From Malacoraja senta (lineage: Eukaryota), in assembly GCA_038087875.1 (NCBI GenBank), contig CM075998.1, positions 6,698,001 through 6,762,000 of the forward strand: a stretch of 64,000 nt of DNA, read 5' to 3'. Below, in pieces: positions 36,560 to 49,559 of the stretch. Below the pieces are notes generated by a model. The model was not told the DNA's origin and ran no database searches. It saw nothing but the letters and a program-made list of their open reading frames with translations. Position numbers and translations under genes: made by a program. Position 1 is the stretch's first letter. Every line of letters starts with the position of its first letter.

Positions 36560-36850
36560 TTCACAATTCAACGTGATACTGAGGGACTGCTGCACTGTTG
36601 AAAACGGTGTATTTTCAATGAGACTAAATCAAGGACATTTATTGAATAGTTAGAAAAATTCTTGCAATATTATTTTGCAGATGAGAATACGAGTCATGTC
36701 CCAATCAACAACTGAAAGAGATGAATTAGGAGCTGGTTGTGGTTTTTGGAGTCTGGCTGTGTTCACACTTTCTGCTTGCTTGTGATAAACCAGACAATGC
36801 ACATGGTGGTGGAACATGCGGGATCTCCTAAGAATTGGGCATCATTTAAA
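36560..36850 (+). mobile_element. Old Deu-domain SINE remnant
   Basis: atactgagggactgctgcactgttg...atgagactaaatcaagg. Confidence 0.45.
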
Positions 36851-37862
36851 TTTAAAGTTATATTCTAAAAGTGCAAAACCTTAAAGATTGATATTCATTG
36901 TTGAACCAAACCTCAGTGGAAGACAACACTTTTAGAAATGTGGACATTAATTCAGAGAGAAAGCTCCCTGATTGATGTAGACAACAGCGACTGGTCTTGC
37001 ACTGATGACTCAACATATGAATGGAGTACGTGGGATAACATGTCAGAACATTTATTAGTTTAGGAAAGTCCAGCTCAAGCCCCCAGGTTGCTCCATGGAA
37101 CCATATCTTTCTTTACCGTGTCTCCTCTCAACCTCTCTGCTCCCAGCCAGGACAAAGACAAGACGCCCTTGTCTACTTCACCAGCCGCCACATTCAGTGG
37201 GTCTTCCCCCATCATTTGCACCGTTCAATGGCGTCCCACCTGTCACATCTTCCCCCCTTTCTTGATTAGTACGGATGTCAGAGGCAGGACAATGGGGTTA
37301 GGAGGGAGAGATAGATCATGATTGAATTACGGAGTAGACTTGATGGGCCGAATGGCCCAATTCTACTCTTATTCCTTATGACCCCCCACTCCCTCCCCCT
37401 TCACATCCCCTCTGCAACTCCCTGACCCACTCCTCTCTTCCCAGTAATTGCCCTCCTCCTCGCACACTTACCCATGAACCACAGGACATACAACATCTGC
37501 CGTTTTGCATGCACCCTTCCCACCCTCTGGGGTAGAAACAGTCCTTCCGGGCCAAGCAGCAATTGTCTTCAACTCTCCTCCATTGCTCGAACGATGCCCA
37601 ACGGAAACAGCAAAGATACCACAAGAAACACCACCTTGTCTTCCATCTGGGCACGTTGCAGCCTTTGCCATGTTATAATGTTGTTCCCTTCATTCCTCTC
37701 TCTACAGAGATAGTTGTACCTCTGTTTTTATTTTCTTCCTTCCATCACTCCCGACCAGTTTTTAAAGTAATTGTTACTTTTACAATTCTATCATAGACAT
37801 TGCCTCTGTTCCCTTTGCCCTCTCCATCTCTCCAATGTCAAGCACCCTTGTTTTCTCTTTGA

Positions 37863-38492
37863 AGAGTCACAGAGTGATACAGTGTGGAAACAGGCCCTTT
37901 GGCCCAACTTGCCCACACCAGCCAACATGTCCCAACTACACTAGTCCCACCTGCCCACGTTTGGTCCATATCCCTCCAAATCTGTCCTATGCATGTACAT
38001 GTCTAACTGTTTCTTAAACGTTGGAAAAGACCCCCTCTCTGGCAGCTCGTTCCATACACCCACCACCCTTTGTGTGAAACAGTTACCGCTCAGATCCCTA
38101 TTAAATCTTTTCCCCTTCACCTTGAACCTATGTCCTCTGGTCCTCGATTCCCCTACTCTGTGCAAGAGACTCTGTGCATCTACCCGATCTATTCCTCTCA
38201 TGATTTTATACACCTCTATAAGATCCCCCCTCATCCCCCTGCGCTCCATGGAATAGAGACCCAGCCTACTCAACCTCTCCCTGTAGCTCACACCCTCTAG
38301 TCCTGGCAACATCCTCGTAAATCTTCTCTGTAAACTTTCCAGCTTGATAACATCTTTCCTATAACATGGTGCCCAGAACTGAACACAATATTCTAAATGC
38401 TGTCTCACCAACGTCTTATACAACTGCAACATGACCTCCCAACTTCTGTACTCAATACTCTGACTGATAAAGGCCAAAGTGCCAATAGCCTT
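37863..38492 (-). mobile_element. CR1 LINE 3' part (HER1-like)
   Basis: ORF 37941-38477: LQLYKTLVRQHLEYCVQFWAP...GYGPNVGRWD. Confidence 0.93.
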
Positions 38493-38702
38493 TTACTGTT
38501 GTCCTTGAAACATCAACTCTGCTTCTCTCCCCATTGGTGCTGCTTGACCTGCTGAGTCCTCCCAGTGTTTCTGTTTCGTTTCCTGCTTGCTAGCGTGTGT
38601 AGTTTTTTTGCTTCGAATCCTGTTTTTCTTTGTTGTCCTGTCGTGTACCAGCAAGATAGCCAGCTGCTGTGTGTTCCAAGCTATCCTGCTTTTAACCTTG
38701 GA

Positions 38703-38918
38703 TAAGCACAAAATGCTGGAGTAACTCAGCATCTCTGAATAGGCAGCATCTCTGAATAGAAGGAATGGGTAACGTTTCAGGTGGAGACTTCAGAAGGGTC
38801 TCGACCCGAAACGTCACCCATTCCTTCTCTCCAGAGATGCTGCCTGTCCCGCTGAGTTACTCCAGCTTTTTGTGTCTATCTTCGGTGTAAACCAGCATCT
38901 CCAGTTCCTTCCTACACA
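38703..38918. mobile_element. Fold-back Penelope-derived short element
   Basis: Inverted arms around gaagggtctcgacccgaaacgtc; abuts a CR1 tail. Confidence 0.75.
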
Positions 38919-38920
38919 TT

Positions 38921-41757
38921 ACATAGATACATAGAAAATAGGTGCAGGAGTAGGCCATTCGGCCCTTCGAGCCTGCACCGCCATTCAATATGATCATGGC
39001 TGATCATCCAACTCAGTATCCCGTACCTGCCTTCTCTCCATACCCCCTGATCCCCTTAGCCACAAGGGCCACATCTAACTCCCTCTTAAATATAGCCAAT
39101 GAACTGGCCTCAACTACCCTCTGTGGCAGAGAGTTCCAGAGATTCACCACTCTCTGTGTGAAAAAGTTTTTCCTCATCTCGGTCTTAAAGGATTTCCCCC
39201 TTATCCTTAATATGTGACCCCTTGTCCTGGACTTCCCCAACATCAGGAACAATCTTCCTGCATCTAGCCTGTCCAACCCCATAAGAATTTTGTACGTTTC
39301 TATAAGATCCCCTCTCAATCTCCTAAATTCTAGCGAGTATAAGCCAAGTCTATCCAGTCTTTCTTCATATGAAAGTCCTGACATCCCAGGAATCAGTCTG
39401 GTGAACCTTCTCTGCACTCCCTCTATGGCTATAATGTCCTTCCTCAGATTTGGAGACCAAAACTGTACGCAATACTCCAGGTGTGGTCTCACCAAGACCC
39501 TGTACAACTGCAGTAGAACCTCCCTGCTCCTATACTCAAATCCTTTTGCTATAAAAGCTAACATACCATTCGCTTTCTTCACTGCCTGCTGCACCTGCAT
39601 GCCTACTTTCAATGACTGGTGTACCATGACACCCAGGTCTCGCTGCATCTCCCCTTTTCCTAATCGGCCACCATTTAGATAATAGTCTGCTTTCCTGTTT
39701 TTGCCACCAAAGTGGATAACCTCACATTTATCCACATTATACTGCATCTGCCAAACATTTGCCCACTCACCCAGCCTATCCAAGTCACCTTGCAGTCTCC
39801 TAGCATCCTCCTCACAGCTAACACTGACCCCCAGCTTAGTGTCATCCGCAAACTTGGAGATGTTGCCTTCAATTCCCTCATCCAGATCATTAATATAAAT
39901 TGTAAATAGCTGGGGTCCCAGCACTGAGCCTTGCGGTACCCCACTAGTCACTGCCTGCCATTGTGAAAAGGACCCGTTTACTCCTACTCTTTGCTTCCTG
40001 TTTGCCAGCCAGTTCTCTATCCACATCAATACTGAACCCCCAATACCGTGTGCTTTAAGTTTGTATACTAATCTCTTATGTGGTACCTTGTCGAAAGCCT
40101 TCTGAAAGTCCAGATACAACACATCCACTGGTTCTCCCCTATCCACTCTACTAGTTACATCCTCGAAAAATTCTATAAGATTTGTCAGACATGATTTACC
40201 TTTCGTAAATCCATGCTGACTTTGTCCAATGATTTCACCACTTTCCAAATGTGCTGCTATCCCATCTTTAATAAGTGACTCTAGCAGTTTCCCCACTACC
40301 GATGTTACACTAACTGGTCTGTAATTCCCCGTTTTCTCTCTCGCTCCCTTCTTAAAAAGCGGGGTTACGTTTGCTACCCTCCAATCCTCAGGAACCACTC
40401 CAGAATCTAAAGAGTTTTGAAAAATTATCACTAATGCATCCACTATTTCTGCGGCTACTTCCTTAAGTACTCTGGGATGCGGCCTATCTGGCCCTGGTGA
40501 TTTATCGGCCTTTAATCCATTCAATTTACCCAACACCACTTCCCGACTAACCTGGATTTCACTCAGTTCCTCCATCTCCTTTGACCCGCGGCCCCCTGCT
40601 ATTTCCGGCAGATTATTTATGTCTTCCTTACTGAAGACGGAACCAAAGTAGTTATTCAATTGGTCCGCCATATCCTTGTTCCCCATGATCAATTCACCTG
40701 TTTCTGACTGCAAGGGACCTACATTTGTTTTAACTAATCTCTTTCTCTTCACATATCTATAAAAACTTTTGCAGTCAGTTTTTATGTTCCCTGCCAGTTT
40801 CCTTTCATAATCTATTTTCCCTTTCCTAATTAAGCCCTTTGTCCTCCTCTGCTGGTCTCTGAATTTCTCCCAGTCCTCTGGTATGCTGCTTTTTCAGGCT
40901 AATTTGTACGCATCGTCTTTTGCTTTGATACTATCCCTGATTTCCCTTGTTATCCACGGATGCACTACCTTCCCTGATTTATTCTTTTGCCAAACTGGGA
41001 TGAACAATTTTTGTAGTTCATCCATGCAGTCTTTAAATGCCTTCCATTGCATATCCACCGTCAACCCTTTTAGAACTAATTGCCAGTCAATCTTGGCCAA
41101 TTCACGTCTCATACCCTCAAAGTTACCTTTCTTTAAGTTCAGAACCGTTGTTTCTGAATTAACAATGTCACTCTCCATCCTAATGAAGAACTCAACCATA
41201 TTATGGTCACTCTTGCCCAAGGAGGCACGCACAACAAGACTGCTAACTAACCCTTCCTCATTACTCAATACCCAGTCTAGAATAGCCTGCTCTCTCGTTG
41301 GTTCCTCTACATGTTGGTTTAGATAACTATCCCGCATACATTCCAAGAAATCCTCTTCCTCAGCAACCCTGCCAATTTGATTCACCCAATCTATATGTAG
41401 ATTGAAGTCACCCATTATAACTGTTTTGCCTTTGTTGCACGCATTTCTAATTTCCTGTTTGATGCCATCCCCAACTTCACTACTACTGCTAGGTGGCCTG
41501 TACACAACACCCACCAGCGTTTTCTGCCCCTTAGTGTTTCGCAGCTCTACCCATACCGATTCCACATCCTCCAAGCTAATGTCCTTCCTTTCCACTGCGT
41601 TAATCTCCTCTCTAACCAGCAACGCTACCCCACCTCCTTTTCCTTTCTCTCTATCCCTCCTGAATATTGAATATCCCTGGATGTTCAGCTCCCAGCCTTG
41701 GTCACCCTGGAGCCATGTCTCCGTGATCCCAACTATATCATAATCATTAATTGCTGT
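38921..41757 (-). mobile_element. Young CR1 LINE with near-complete ORF2 (APE plus RT) and a single in-frame stop
   Basis: ORFs 40894-41808 and 39013-40752 are in the same frame, separated only by TGA at 40894-40896. Motifs GITETW, MGDFN, SDHN, YLDFQKAFDKV, FADD. Confidence 0.97.
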
Positions 41758-41923
41758 GTCCAAGGAACAAAATGTAACTGGAGTGTGATTATGAACTGGG
41801 GAAGACACTTTCCATCAGTGCATTTGTCAGTGTGCTGAAGCCTGAATGGGGCTGGGCCCTTGTTTAGAGTATTGTGTGTTCCACCTGCCACACTGTAGAC
41901 ATTAATTGAAACATCTCTTTCAG

Positions 41924-42058
41924 GTATTTTTTACTCGAAATGGGAAGACAATTGGCAGGAAAGAAGCACCGGTGCCATCTGGAGGCTTCTACCCAACTAT
42001 CGGAATGCTTAGCAATGGAGAAAAGGTGCAAGTCGACCTGCATCCTCTGAGTGGCTGA
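41924..42058 (+). CDS. SPRYD3: SPRYD3 last coding exon (VFFTRNGKTIGRKEAPVPSGGFYPTIGMLSNGEKVQVDLHPLSG*)
   Basis: Acceptor catctctttcag. 45 codons ending in TGA at 42056-42058, with the SPRY motif VFFTRNG and C-terminus VDLHPLSG. Confidence 0.95.
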   Translation, partial: VFFTRNGKTIGRKEAPVPSGGFYPTIGMLSNGEKVQVDLHPLSG

Positions 42059-44230
42059 ACTGTTCACCGTTCTCTCACCCAACACGGCAAGCAAACGCAT
42101 GCTGTACTTCCCATCGCCATCTACTGGCTGATTCTGGTGTTGCCTGAAACACCACAGAGGGTGCACAATATCGACCGTTCTAGTTGGCCATTTTATGTAA
42201 TTCTGCTACTCTGTTAGTGTATTTAACAAACGGTTATGTAGGCCAAGTGATTAGTCTGATTTTTCTTTTCCTCTTCTCTTCAGTTTTGTTACCTCCTGCT
42301 TTAAAACACTAAAAATCCTTTGCTGCTTTCAAACCTTTTGCAGTTACTATATTCCAAAATTGATTATTGATGACCTCAATTGCACGCCCTTGGCATTTGA
42401 TAAGAATACTCCCCTATACTGCTTTCTCCCTGCACCTCCCCAGAGTTATTAAACAATTGATATTAGCTGGCACATAGTTAAATATTCCTTTTCCTCCTTG
42501 CTGTCTGCAAGCTGATTTTGAAGGGAGCCCACTACTGGCTGTCAGTACAACTCTTGAGATTTCTGCAACAGTAGCAGCTCACTTGGTCTTGGATGGAACC
42601 ATGGTGGTCTGAGAGCATACGTCTCCCCACACTGGTGCCTTACACATGCTAATAAAAGGCACGTATTCCTAACCTCTTCTCAGTGTGTGTGTGTGCAACC
42701 ATTACACTCTACCTACACTAATGTCAAGTAAGATAGGACGTGCCATGAACGTTTATGCAGCTGGAAGCCTTTCTCCTGCAGTGGGGCACAGATATGCTGT
42801 ATGTTGGGATGGTTTCTTGGCCCTTGTTACACTCTACCAGGTTACCTTGAGAGCTGATGAACTCATAAAGTATAGTTACCCTTTGACATTATGATGTCTG
42901 ACTAGTGTTATCTGTATAATTAAGAAGAAGAATTTCTATCATAAAGTAGTGGGGATAGGAATGGGGGAGGGGTGATGTTGGGGTGGGGAGAGGGTTAATG
43001 ATGAGAAGTAGCAGTAATCTCGTTTACAGGGTCCTTGTCTGAATTCCCCACCCTGCTGTCCCAGGACGCTGAGAACATGGCTGTCAGGATGAACTCAGCT
43101 AACTCAGCACAGAGCAGAGGCTTCTCAATATTGGGAATTAATGATCCAAGTTCGGAGAAGTTTGAATTTGTGAATACATTTTTTGTGAAGTCAAAAGCTT
43201 CATTAAGCCGTGTGGTATTAAAGTGCCTTTCAGATCTATTCTAGACCAGGTTAGCATAAGTAAAAAAATGCAACAGCAAAATACTGCAGTATTCTCGGCC
43301 TCATCCCACATGTGTGCAATAGGCAGAATACTAGAGGGGGAGATGGGGTTTACCTGGACTGTGCACGCCCTGTAACATTCATGGGTTGTGTAAAGTTTCA
43401 TCCCTCTCCCTTGACTTCCAGAGTGATCTCCTAATTCATCACCTGTGCCATAAATATTACTGTTTGTGTTGAGTGATAATGGCAAAGCTGCAGCCCATGG
43501 GGTAGGCCGGCACTTCTCCAGAGAGGATGAAAGAGCAATTAGAGAACCAGAGTGAACGCAGCAAAAGACTTCATCATCTAACCCACTTTGCGTACGCTCC
43601 CTAGGTTACATTTTAATTTCCTCCTCTTGCTGCTCAGCTCACTCTTTCCCACACACAACGCCCTGTTTGAGACAATGGTGATTTTGTCCATTCATAGGCT
43701 TCACTTGTAAGTGGAGCCATTTTTTACACCATGTAAATGTATTTAATGTTAGACCTTTCCAGCCAGCAGCAGAGATATTTATTCATCCATTGGAGCTGGG
43801 TTTGAAGACCCTCCACTTTATTATGCTGGTTCTACAGGGTGAACAGAAGGCAACATTGACCTGTTCTGCTTTACTCGCTGTGTACTAAAGGCAATGCACT
43901 GATTAAAGGGACTTTTGTGCGGCAAGTATTTAATTTTTCTGTACAGAAAACAATTGTAGTTTTGAGTAATTTCTGTAACATTGTACGTGAAGCTGAATGG
44001 GGTAAAACACTGAGTTCAAAGTAAGAACATATACTTTCTCCAATTGAGCATTGATACCAGTGGTTGTAAATTGCCTATTGATTGTGGATATGTTAGACCA
44101 ATGTCTTTTGACTCATGACAGTCTCCTACCAGCTCTTTTGTACCAATAATCAACTGTGCACTATACTATATAAGATATGTACATAATTCAGATGTTTATA
44201 TGCTTTAATTAAAATAGATTTCCATAATTG
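42059..44230 (+). other. Probable SPRYD3 3' UTR
   Basis: Follows the stop codon and lacks young TEs. Candidate polyA signals are AATAAA at 42651 and ATTAAA at 44208 (followed by a T-rich tract). The end point is inferred. Confidence 0.5.
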
Positions 44231-44307
44231 TATTTTTCTCTCTGATTCCTGTTACTGTTAATTGTGTAAAGTATATCACCGCTGATGCTATAACTTAAAC
44301 TGTAGAA

Positions 44308-44593
44308 ACGGTGGCATGGCTAAATTGGGCAGCGGTAGAGTTGCTGCCTTACAGTGCCTGACTACGGGTGCTTGTCTGTACCGAGTTTGTACATTCTCTC
44401 CGTGACCTGCGTGGGTTTTCTCCGGGATCTCTGGTTTCCTCCCACACTCCAAAGACGTACAGGTTTGTAGGTTAATTGGCTTGGTAAAATTGTCCCTAAG
44501 TGTGTAGGATAGTGTTAGTGTGTGGGGATCACTAGTCGGTGTGGATTCATGGGCCGAGGGGCCTGTTTCCGCACTGTATCTCTAAACTAAACT
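44308..44593 (+). mobile_element. HE1-like V-SINE
   Basis: gcagcggtagagttgctgcc head, central domain, ctctaaactaaact tail. Confidence 0.8.
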
Positions 44594-44701
44594 AGATGCT
44601 GGTTTACACAAAAAGTACTGGAGTAATTCAGCGGTTCAGGCAGCATCTCTGGAGAAAATAGATAGGTGACGTTTCTTCAGACTGAATAATGGTCCCGACC
44701 T

Positions 44702-45163
44702 GAAACATCGCTTATCCATGTTCTCCACAGATGCTGCCCAACCCGCTGAGTTACTCCAGCACTCTGTGAAACGTCACCTATCCATGTTCTCCACAGATGC
44801 TGCCCAACCCGCTGAGTTACTCCAGCACTCTGTGAAACGTCACCTATCCATGTTCTCCACAGATGCTGCCTGACCCGCTGAGTTACTCCAGCACTCTGTG
44901 AAACGTCACCTATCCATGTTCTCCACAGATGCTGCCCAACCCGCTGAGTTACTCCAGCACTCTGTGAAACGTCACCTATCCATGTTCTCCACAGATGCTG
45001 CCTGACCCGCTGAGTTACTCCAGCACTCTGTGAAACGTCACCTATCCATGTTCTCCACAGATGCTGCCTGACCCGCTAAGTTACTCCAGCACTCTGTGAA
45101 ACGTCACCTATCCATGTTCTCCACAGATGCTGCCCAACCCGCTGAGTTACTCCAGCACTGTGT
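44702..45163 (+). repeat. Tandem array of 7 x 66 bp derived from the Penelope terminal repeat
   Basis: Unit gaaacgtcacctatccatgttctccacagatgctgcc(ca/tg)acccgctgagttactccagcactctgt starts at 44702, 44768, 44834, 44900, 44966, 45032 and 45098. Confidence 0.95.
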
Positions 45164-45249
45164 GTCCTACAACCTAGGCTGGCTGGCATCTTGGTTTAGA
45201 GTTGAAATTGGAACACCCCAAAAACCTAGGAATACACCTTGTCCAGGCT

Positions 45250-45555
45250 GGTAGCAGTGGAGTATTGCAAGAAACTTTTGTGTTAGGGTGCAGTCTTTTT
45301 TATGTGACTTGACGCGTTACCTCTTGGGTCAATGTTAAAGGTCCCGTGACTTTTCTTGAAGAGGACCAGAGCAACTTCCTGGGGTGTTCTCACTCCAGGT
45401 ATTCCAGTCATTATTAGATTCTAGTTGTGGGAGCTTGCTGTGTACAGATTAGCTGCTGCATTCCCAACACTGCATTGGTGATTACAGTTCAATCACACTT
45501 CATTAGCTTTGGAAGCAAGTCTCACACATGGAACTGTGACAAGAAGCAAGTCTAG
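45250..45555 (+). mobile_element. Old Deu-domain SINE
   Basis: ttgtgggagcttgctgtgtacagattagctgctgcattccc...cacttcattagct. Confidence 0.55.
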
Positions 45556-45728
45556 ATTACAAGCTGAAATAAAGGATTTGATGCTTTTCTTTATTGTTGA
45601 GTTTATACAGCAGTGGATTAGGTGAGAAGCTTGTCAAACGCGTACACACAAACAGCAGCCTTTCAAATTGACAATGTCAAGGTGCATTCACAATCATTAT
45701 TTTTAACAAAGACTATTCGTTCTGAGAG

Positions 45729-46758
45729 GGTAAATAAAAATGCTGGAGAAACTCAGCGGGTGAGGCAGCATCTATGGAGCGAAGGAATAGGTGACGTTTC
45801 GGGTCGAGACCCTTCTTCAGACTGATGTGGGGGTGGGGGACGGGAAGAAGGAAGAGGCGGAGATAGGCTGTGGGAGAGCTGGGAAGGGGAGGGGAAGGAG
45901 GGAGAAAGCAAGGAGTACCTGAAATTGGAGAAGTCAATGTTAATACCGCTGGGGTGTAAACTACCCAAGTGAAATATGAGGTGCTGCTCCTCCAATTTGC
46001 GGTGAGACTCACTCTGGCCATGGAGGAGGCCCAGGACAGAAAGGTCGGATTGGGAATGGGAGGGGGAGTTGAAGTGCTGAGCCACCGGGAGATCAGGTTA
46101 GTTATTGCGAACTGAGCGGAGGTGTTGGGCGAAGCGATCACCAAGCCTACGCTTGGTCTCACCGATGTAGAGCAGCTGACACCTAGAGCAGCGGATGCAA
46201 TAGATGAGGTTGGAGGAGGTGCAGGTGAACCTCTGCCGCACCTGGAAAGACTGCTTGGTTCCTTGAATGGAGTCAAGGGGGGAGGTAAAGTGACAAGTGT
46301 AGTATTTCCTACGGTTGCAAGGGAGAGTACCGGGGGTGGTTTGGGTGGGAAGGGACGAATTGACCAAGGAGTTACGGAGGGAGCGGTCTCTGCGGAAAGC
46401 CGAAAGGGGAGATGGGAAGATGTAGTCAGTGGTGGGATCCCGTTGGAGGTGGCGAAAAAGTCGGAGGATTATTTGCTGTGTGATGGCTGGTAGGGTGGAA
46501 GGTGAGGACAAGGGGGACTCTGCCCTTGTTACGAGTGGGGGGATGGGGAGTGAGAGCAGAGTTACGGGGTATAGAAGAGACCCTGGTGAGAGCCTCATCT
46601 ATAGTAGAAGAGGGAACCCCCGTTCCCTGAAGAATGAGGACATCTCTGATGCCCTGGCTTGGAACACCTCATCCTGGGAGCAGATGCGGTGTAGATGGAG
46701 GAATTGGGAGTAGGGGATGGAGTCCTAACAGAAAGCAGGGTGGGAAGAAGTGTAGTCC
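45729..46758 (-). mobile_element. Penelope-like element, 3' part (GIY-YIG plus terminal repeat)
   Basis: FTCTSSNLIYCIRCSRCQLLYIGETKRRLGDRFAQH; hammerhead at 45793-45820; candidate TSD ttctgagag. Confidence 0.93.
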
Positions 46759-47743
46759 ACTTCTGAGAGTGTCACTTATTGAAGGGAAGTGTCTTGGTGT
46801 GGCTGCAGATTGTGGGAGATGAGTAGGGAAATTAATTTGACAGTGGGTGCAAAGTTCAGAGAGGAGAAAGATGTTCAGATTGCTGCAACTGGCAACTTCC
46901 ACAAAAGCAGATAGTAATTCAGAAACAGAGAGGGAAGACGAGGGACAGATGTGAAGCAATCCCACATTTTAAGTGAACGTGTAAATGAACTGTGTGGTGG
47001 CAAGAAAGATTGGTGAGGTACAAGCTTAAGTTGCTATATGGCCAAAGTATCGGCAGAACAGCTTTAGGTACCAGATCTACATGAAAGGTCATTAGGATGG
47101 AGAGGGAAATAAAATGAAACTAAGGGTGCTACAAAGGCTCAGCAGGTCAGGCAGCATCTGTGGAGAGAGAAACCGTTGTTTCACGTTTTACCCATTGTCG
47201 AAACTCAGGAGGATCTTCGACTTGAATCGATGCTACCTGAGCTAAGTGTTCCAGTGTTATCCATCATTGGTGTCTTATCGCCCTGGAAAGGAGCAATGCA
47301 GGCAAAGTCCATGTAGTCAGATGTGAAATGATAGTTGTGCTTCTGTTTGTTAACAGTCTACAGTCAAATGGGGGAGGGGAGGAAGAGATGGTGGAACAAA
47401 CCTACAATATAGGAGCAGAAGAGGCAGTCCCTCAAGCCTGCTCACCCAGTAAATTACTAGAAGGTGCAAGAGCTAGAAACTAATAATAATGGGGAATAAT
47501 TATCATGGATGGGTCATCCTATAAAGGACAAAAGGGAGAGAATTGCATGAAATGTTTACAAGAAATGTTTCTGACTCGGTGTATTCCCAGCCCCAGAATG
47601 ATACGAGCCCGATACGACCCAAAACGTCACCTATCCTTGTTCTCCAGAGATGCTGCCTGCTGCTGAGTTACTCCAGCACTTTGTGTACTATTGTGTATCA
47701 ACCAGCATCTGCAGTCCGACAAGGCTATGCAGTGTTGCATCCA

Positions 47744-49559
47744 CAGTGCCCACCATAATGTTTGGGACAAAGACCCATCATTTATTTATTTGCCTCTGTA
47801 CTCCACAATTTCAGATTTGTAATAGAACAAAAATCACATGTGGTTAAAGTGCACATTGTCAGATTTTAATAAAGGCCAATTTTATACATTTTGGTTTCAC
47901 CATGTAGAAATTACAGCAGTGTTTATATAGTCCCCCCATTTCAGGGCACCATAATGTTTGGGACACAGCAATGTCATGTAAATGAAAGTAGTCATGTTTA
48001 GTATTTTGTTGCATATCCTTTGCATACAATGACTGCTTGAAGTCTACGATTCATGGACATCACCAGTTGCTGGGTGTCTTCTCTGGTGATGCTCTACCAG
48101 GCCTGTATTGCAGCCATCTTTAGCTTATGCTTGTTTTGGGGGCTAGTCCCCTTCAGTTTTCTCTTCAGCATATAAAAGGCACGCTTAATTGGGTACAGAT
48201 CAGGTGATTCACTTGACCACTCAAGAATTGACAATTTTTTAGCTTTGAAAAACTCCTTTGTTGCTTTAGCAGTATGTTTGGGATCATTGTCTTGCTGTAG
48301 AATGAACCGCTGGCCAATGAGTTTTGAGGCATTTGTTTGAACTTCAGCAGATAGGATGTGTCTATACACTTCAGAATTCATTATGCTACTACCATCAGCA
48401 GTTGTGTCATCAATGAAGATAAGTGAGCCAGCACCTTCAGCAGTTATACATGCCCAGGCCACCACTGTGTTTCACAAATGAGGTGGTATGCTTTGGATCT
48501 TGTGCAGTTCCTTCTCTCCATACTTTGCTCTTGCCATCACTCTGATATAAGTTAATCTTTATCTCATCTGTCCACAAGACCTTTTTCCAGAACTGTAGTT
48601 GCTCTTTTAAGTACTTCTTGGCAAACTGTAAACTGGCCATCCCATTTTTGCAGTGTAGCCTCTGTATTTCTGTTCATGAAGTCTTCTGCAGACAGTGGTC
48701 ATTGATAAATCCACACCTGACTCCTGAAGAGTTTCTGATCTGTCGGACAGGTGTGTGGGGAGAATTCTTCCGCCATCAGCTGTGGAGGTCTTCCTTGGCC
48801 TGCCAGTCCCTTTGCGATTAGTAAGCTCACCAGATCTCTCTTTCTTCTTAATGATGTTCCAAACAGTTGATTTTGGTAAGCCTAAGGTTTGCCTGATGTC
48901 TCTAACAGTTTTAAGGGCCTGTCCCACTTTCACGACCTAATTCACGACCTCTGCCGAGTTTGCCCTTGACTCGCAGCATGGTCGTCACGAGGTAGTAGGA
49001 GGTCGTAGCAGGCCGTGATGCTAGTCGTAGGTACTCGTGGCATCAAGTAGGTCGGGGCGTTTTTCTAGCATGATGAAAAATGTCCACGAGTAAAAAAGGT
49101 CGTGAATTAGGTCGTGAAAGTGGGACAGGCTCTTTATTCTTGTTTCTCAGTCTCATAATGGCTTCTTTGATTTTCATTGGCACAACTTTGGTCCTCATGT
49201 TGATAAACAGCAATAAAAGTTTCCAATGGTGATGGAAAGACTGGAGGAAAGACTAGATGCTGAGAGCTCTCTTATACCTGCATTAAGGAGGCAATTAAAC
49301 ACACCTGAGCAATTACAAACACCTGTCAAGCCATGTGTCCCAAACATTATGGTGCCCTGAAATGGGGGGGGACTATGTATAAACACAGCTGTAATTTCTA
49401 CATGGTGATATCAAAATGTATAAAAATACCCTTTAATAAAATCTGACAAGGTGCACTTTAACCACATGTGATTTTTTATATTACAAATCTCAAATTGTGG
49501 AGTACAGAGGCAAATAAATAAATGATGGGTCTTTGTCCCAAACATTATGGAGGGCACTG
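47744..49559 (-). mobile_element. Tc1 DNA transposon (family B), degraded
   Basis: TIRs cagtgccc.ccataatgtttgggacaaagaccc, with internal direct repeats. Transposase remnants GRPRKT, WTDEIK, QQDNDPKH and SPDLYPIK; TA on the right. Confidence 0.95.
48914..49133. mobile_element. PIF/Harbinger-like MITE nested in Tc1
   Basis: ~37-bp TIR agggcctgtcccactttcacgacctaattcacgacct; TTA duplicated at 48911-48913 and 49134-49136. Confidence 0.85.

Noticed and set aside
41921..41930. CAG|GTATTT as a recursive splice site
   Set aside because: The GT is simply the Val codon of the conserved VFFTRNG motif at a normal terminal-exon acceptor.
44702..45163. Regularly spaced repeats resembling a CRISPR array
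   Set aside because: The units are contiguous with no unique spacers, there are no cas genes, the context is vertebrate, and the unit derives from the Penelope terminus.
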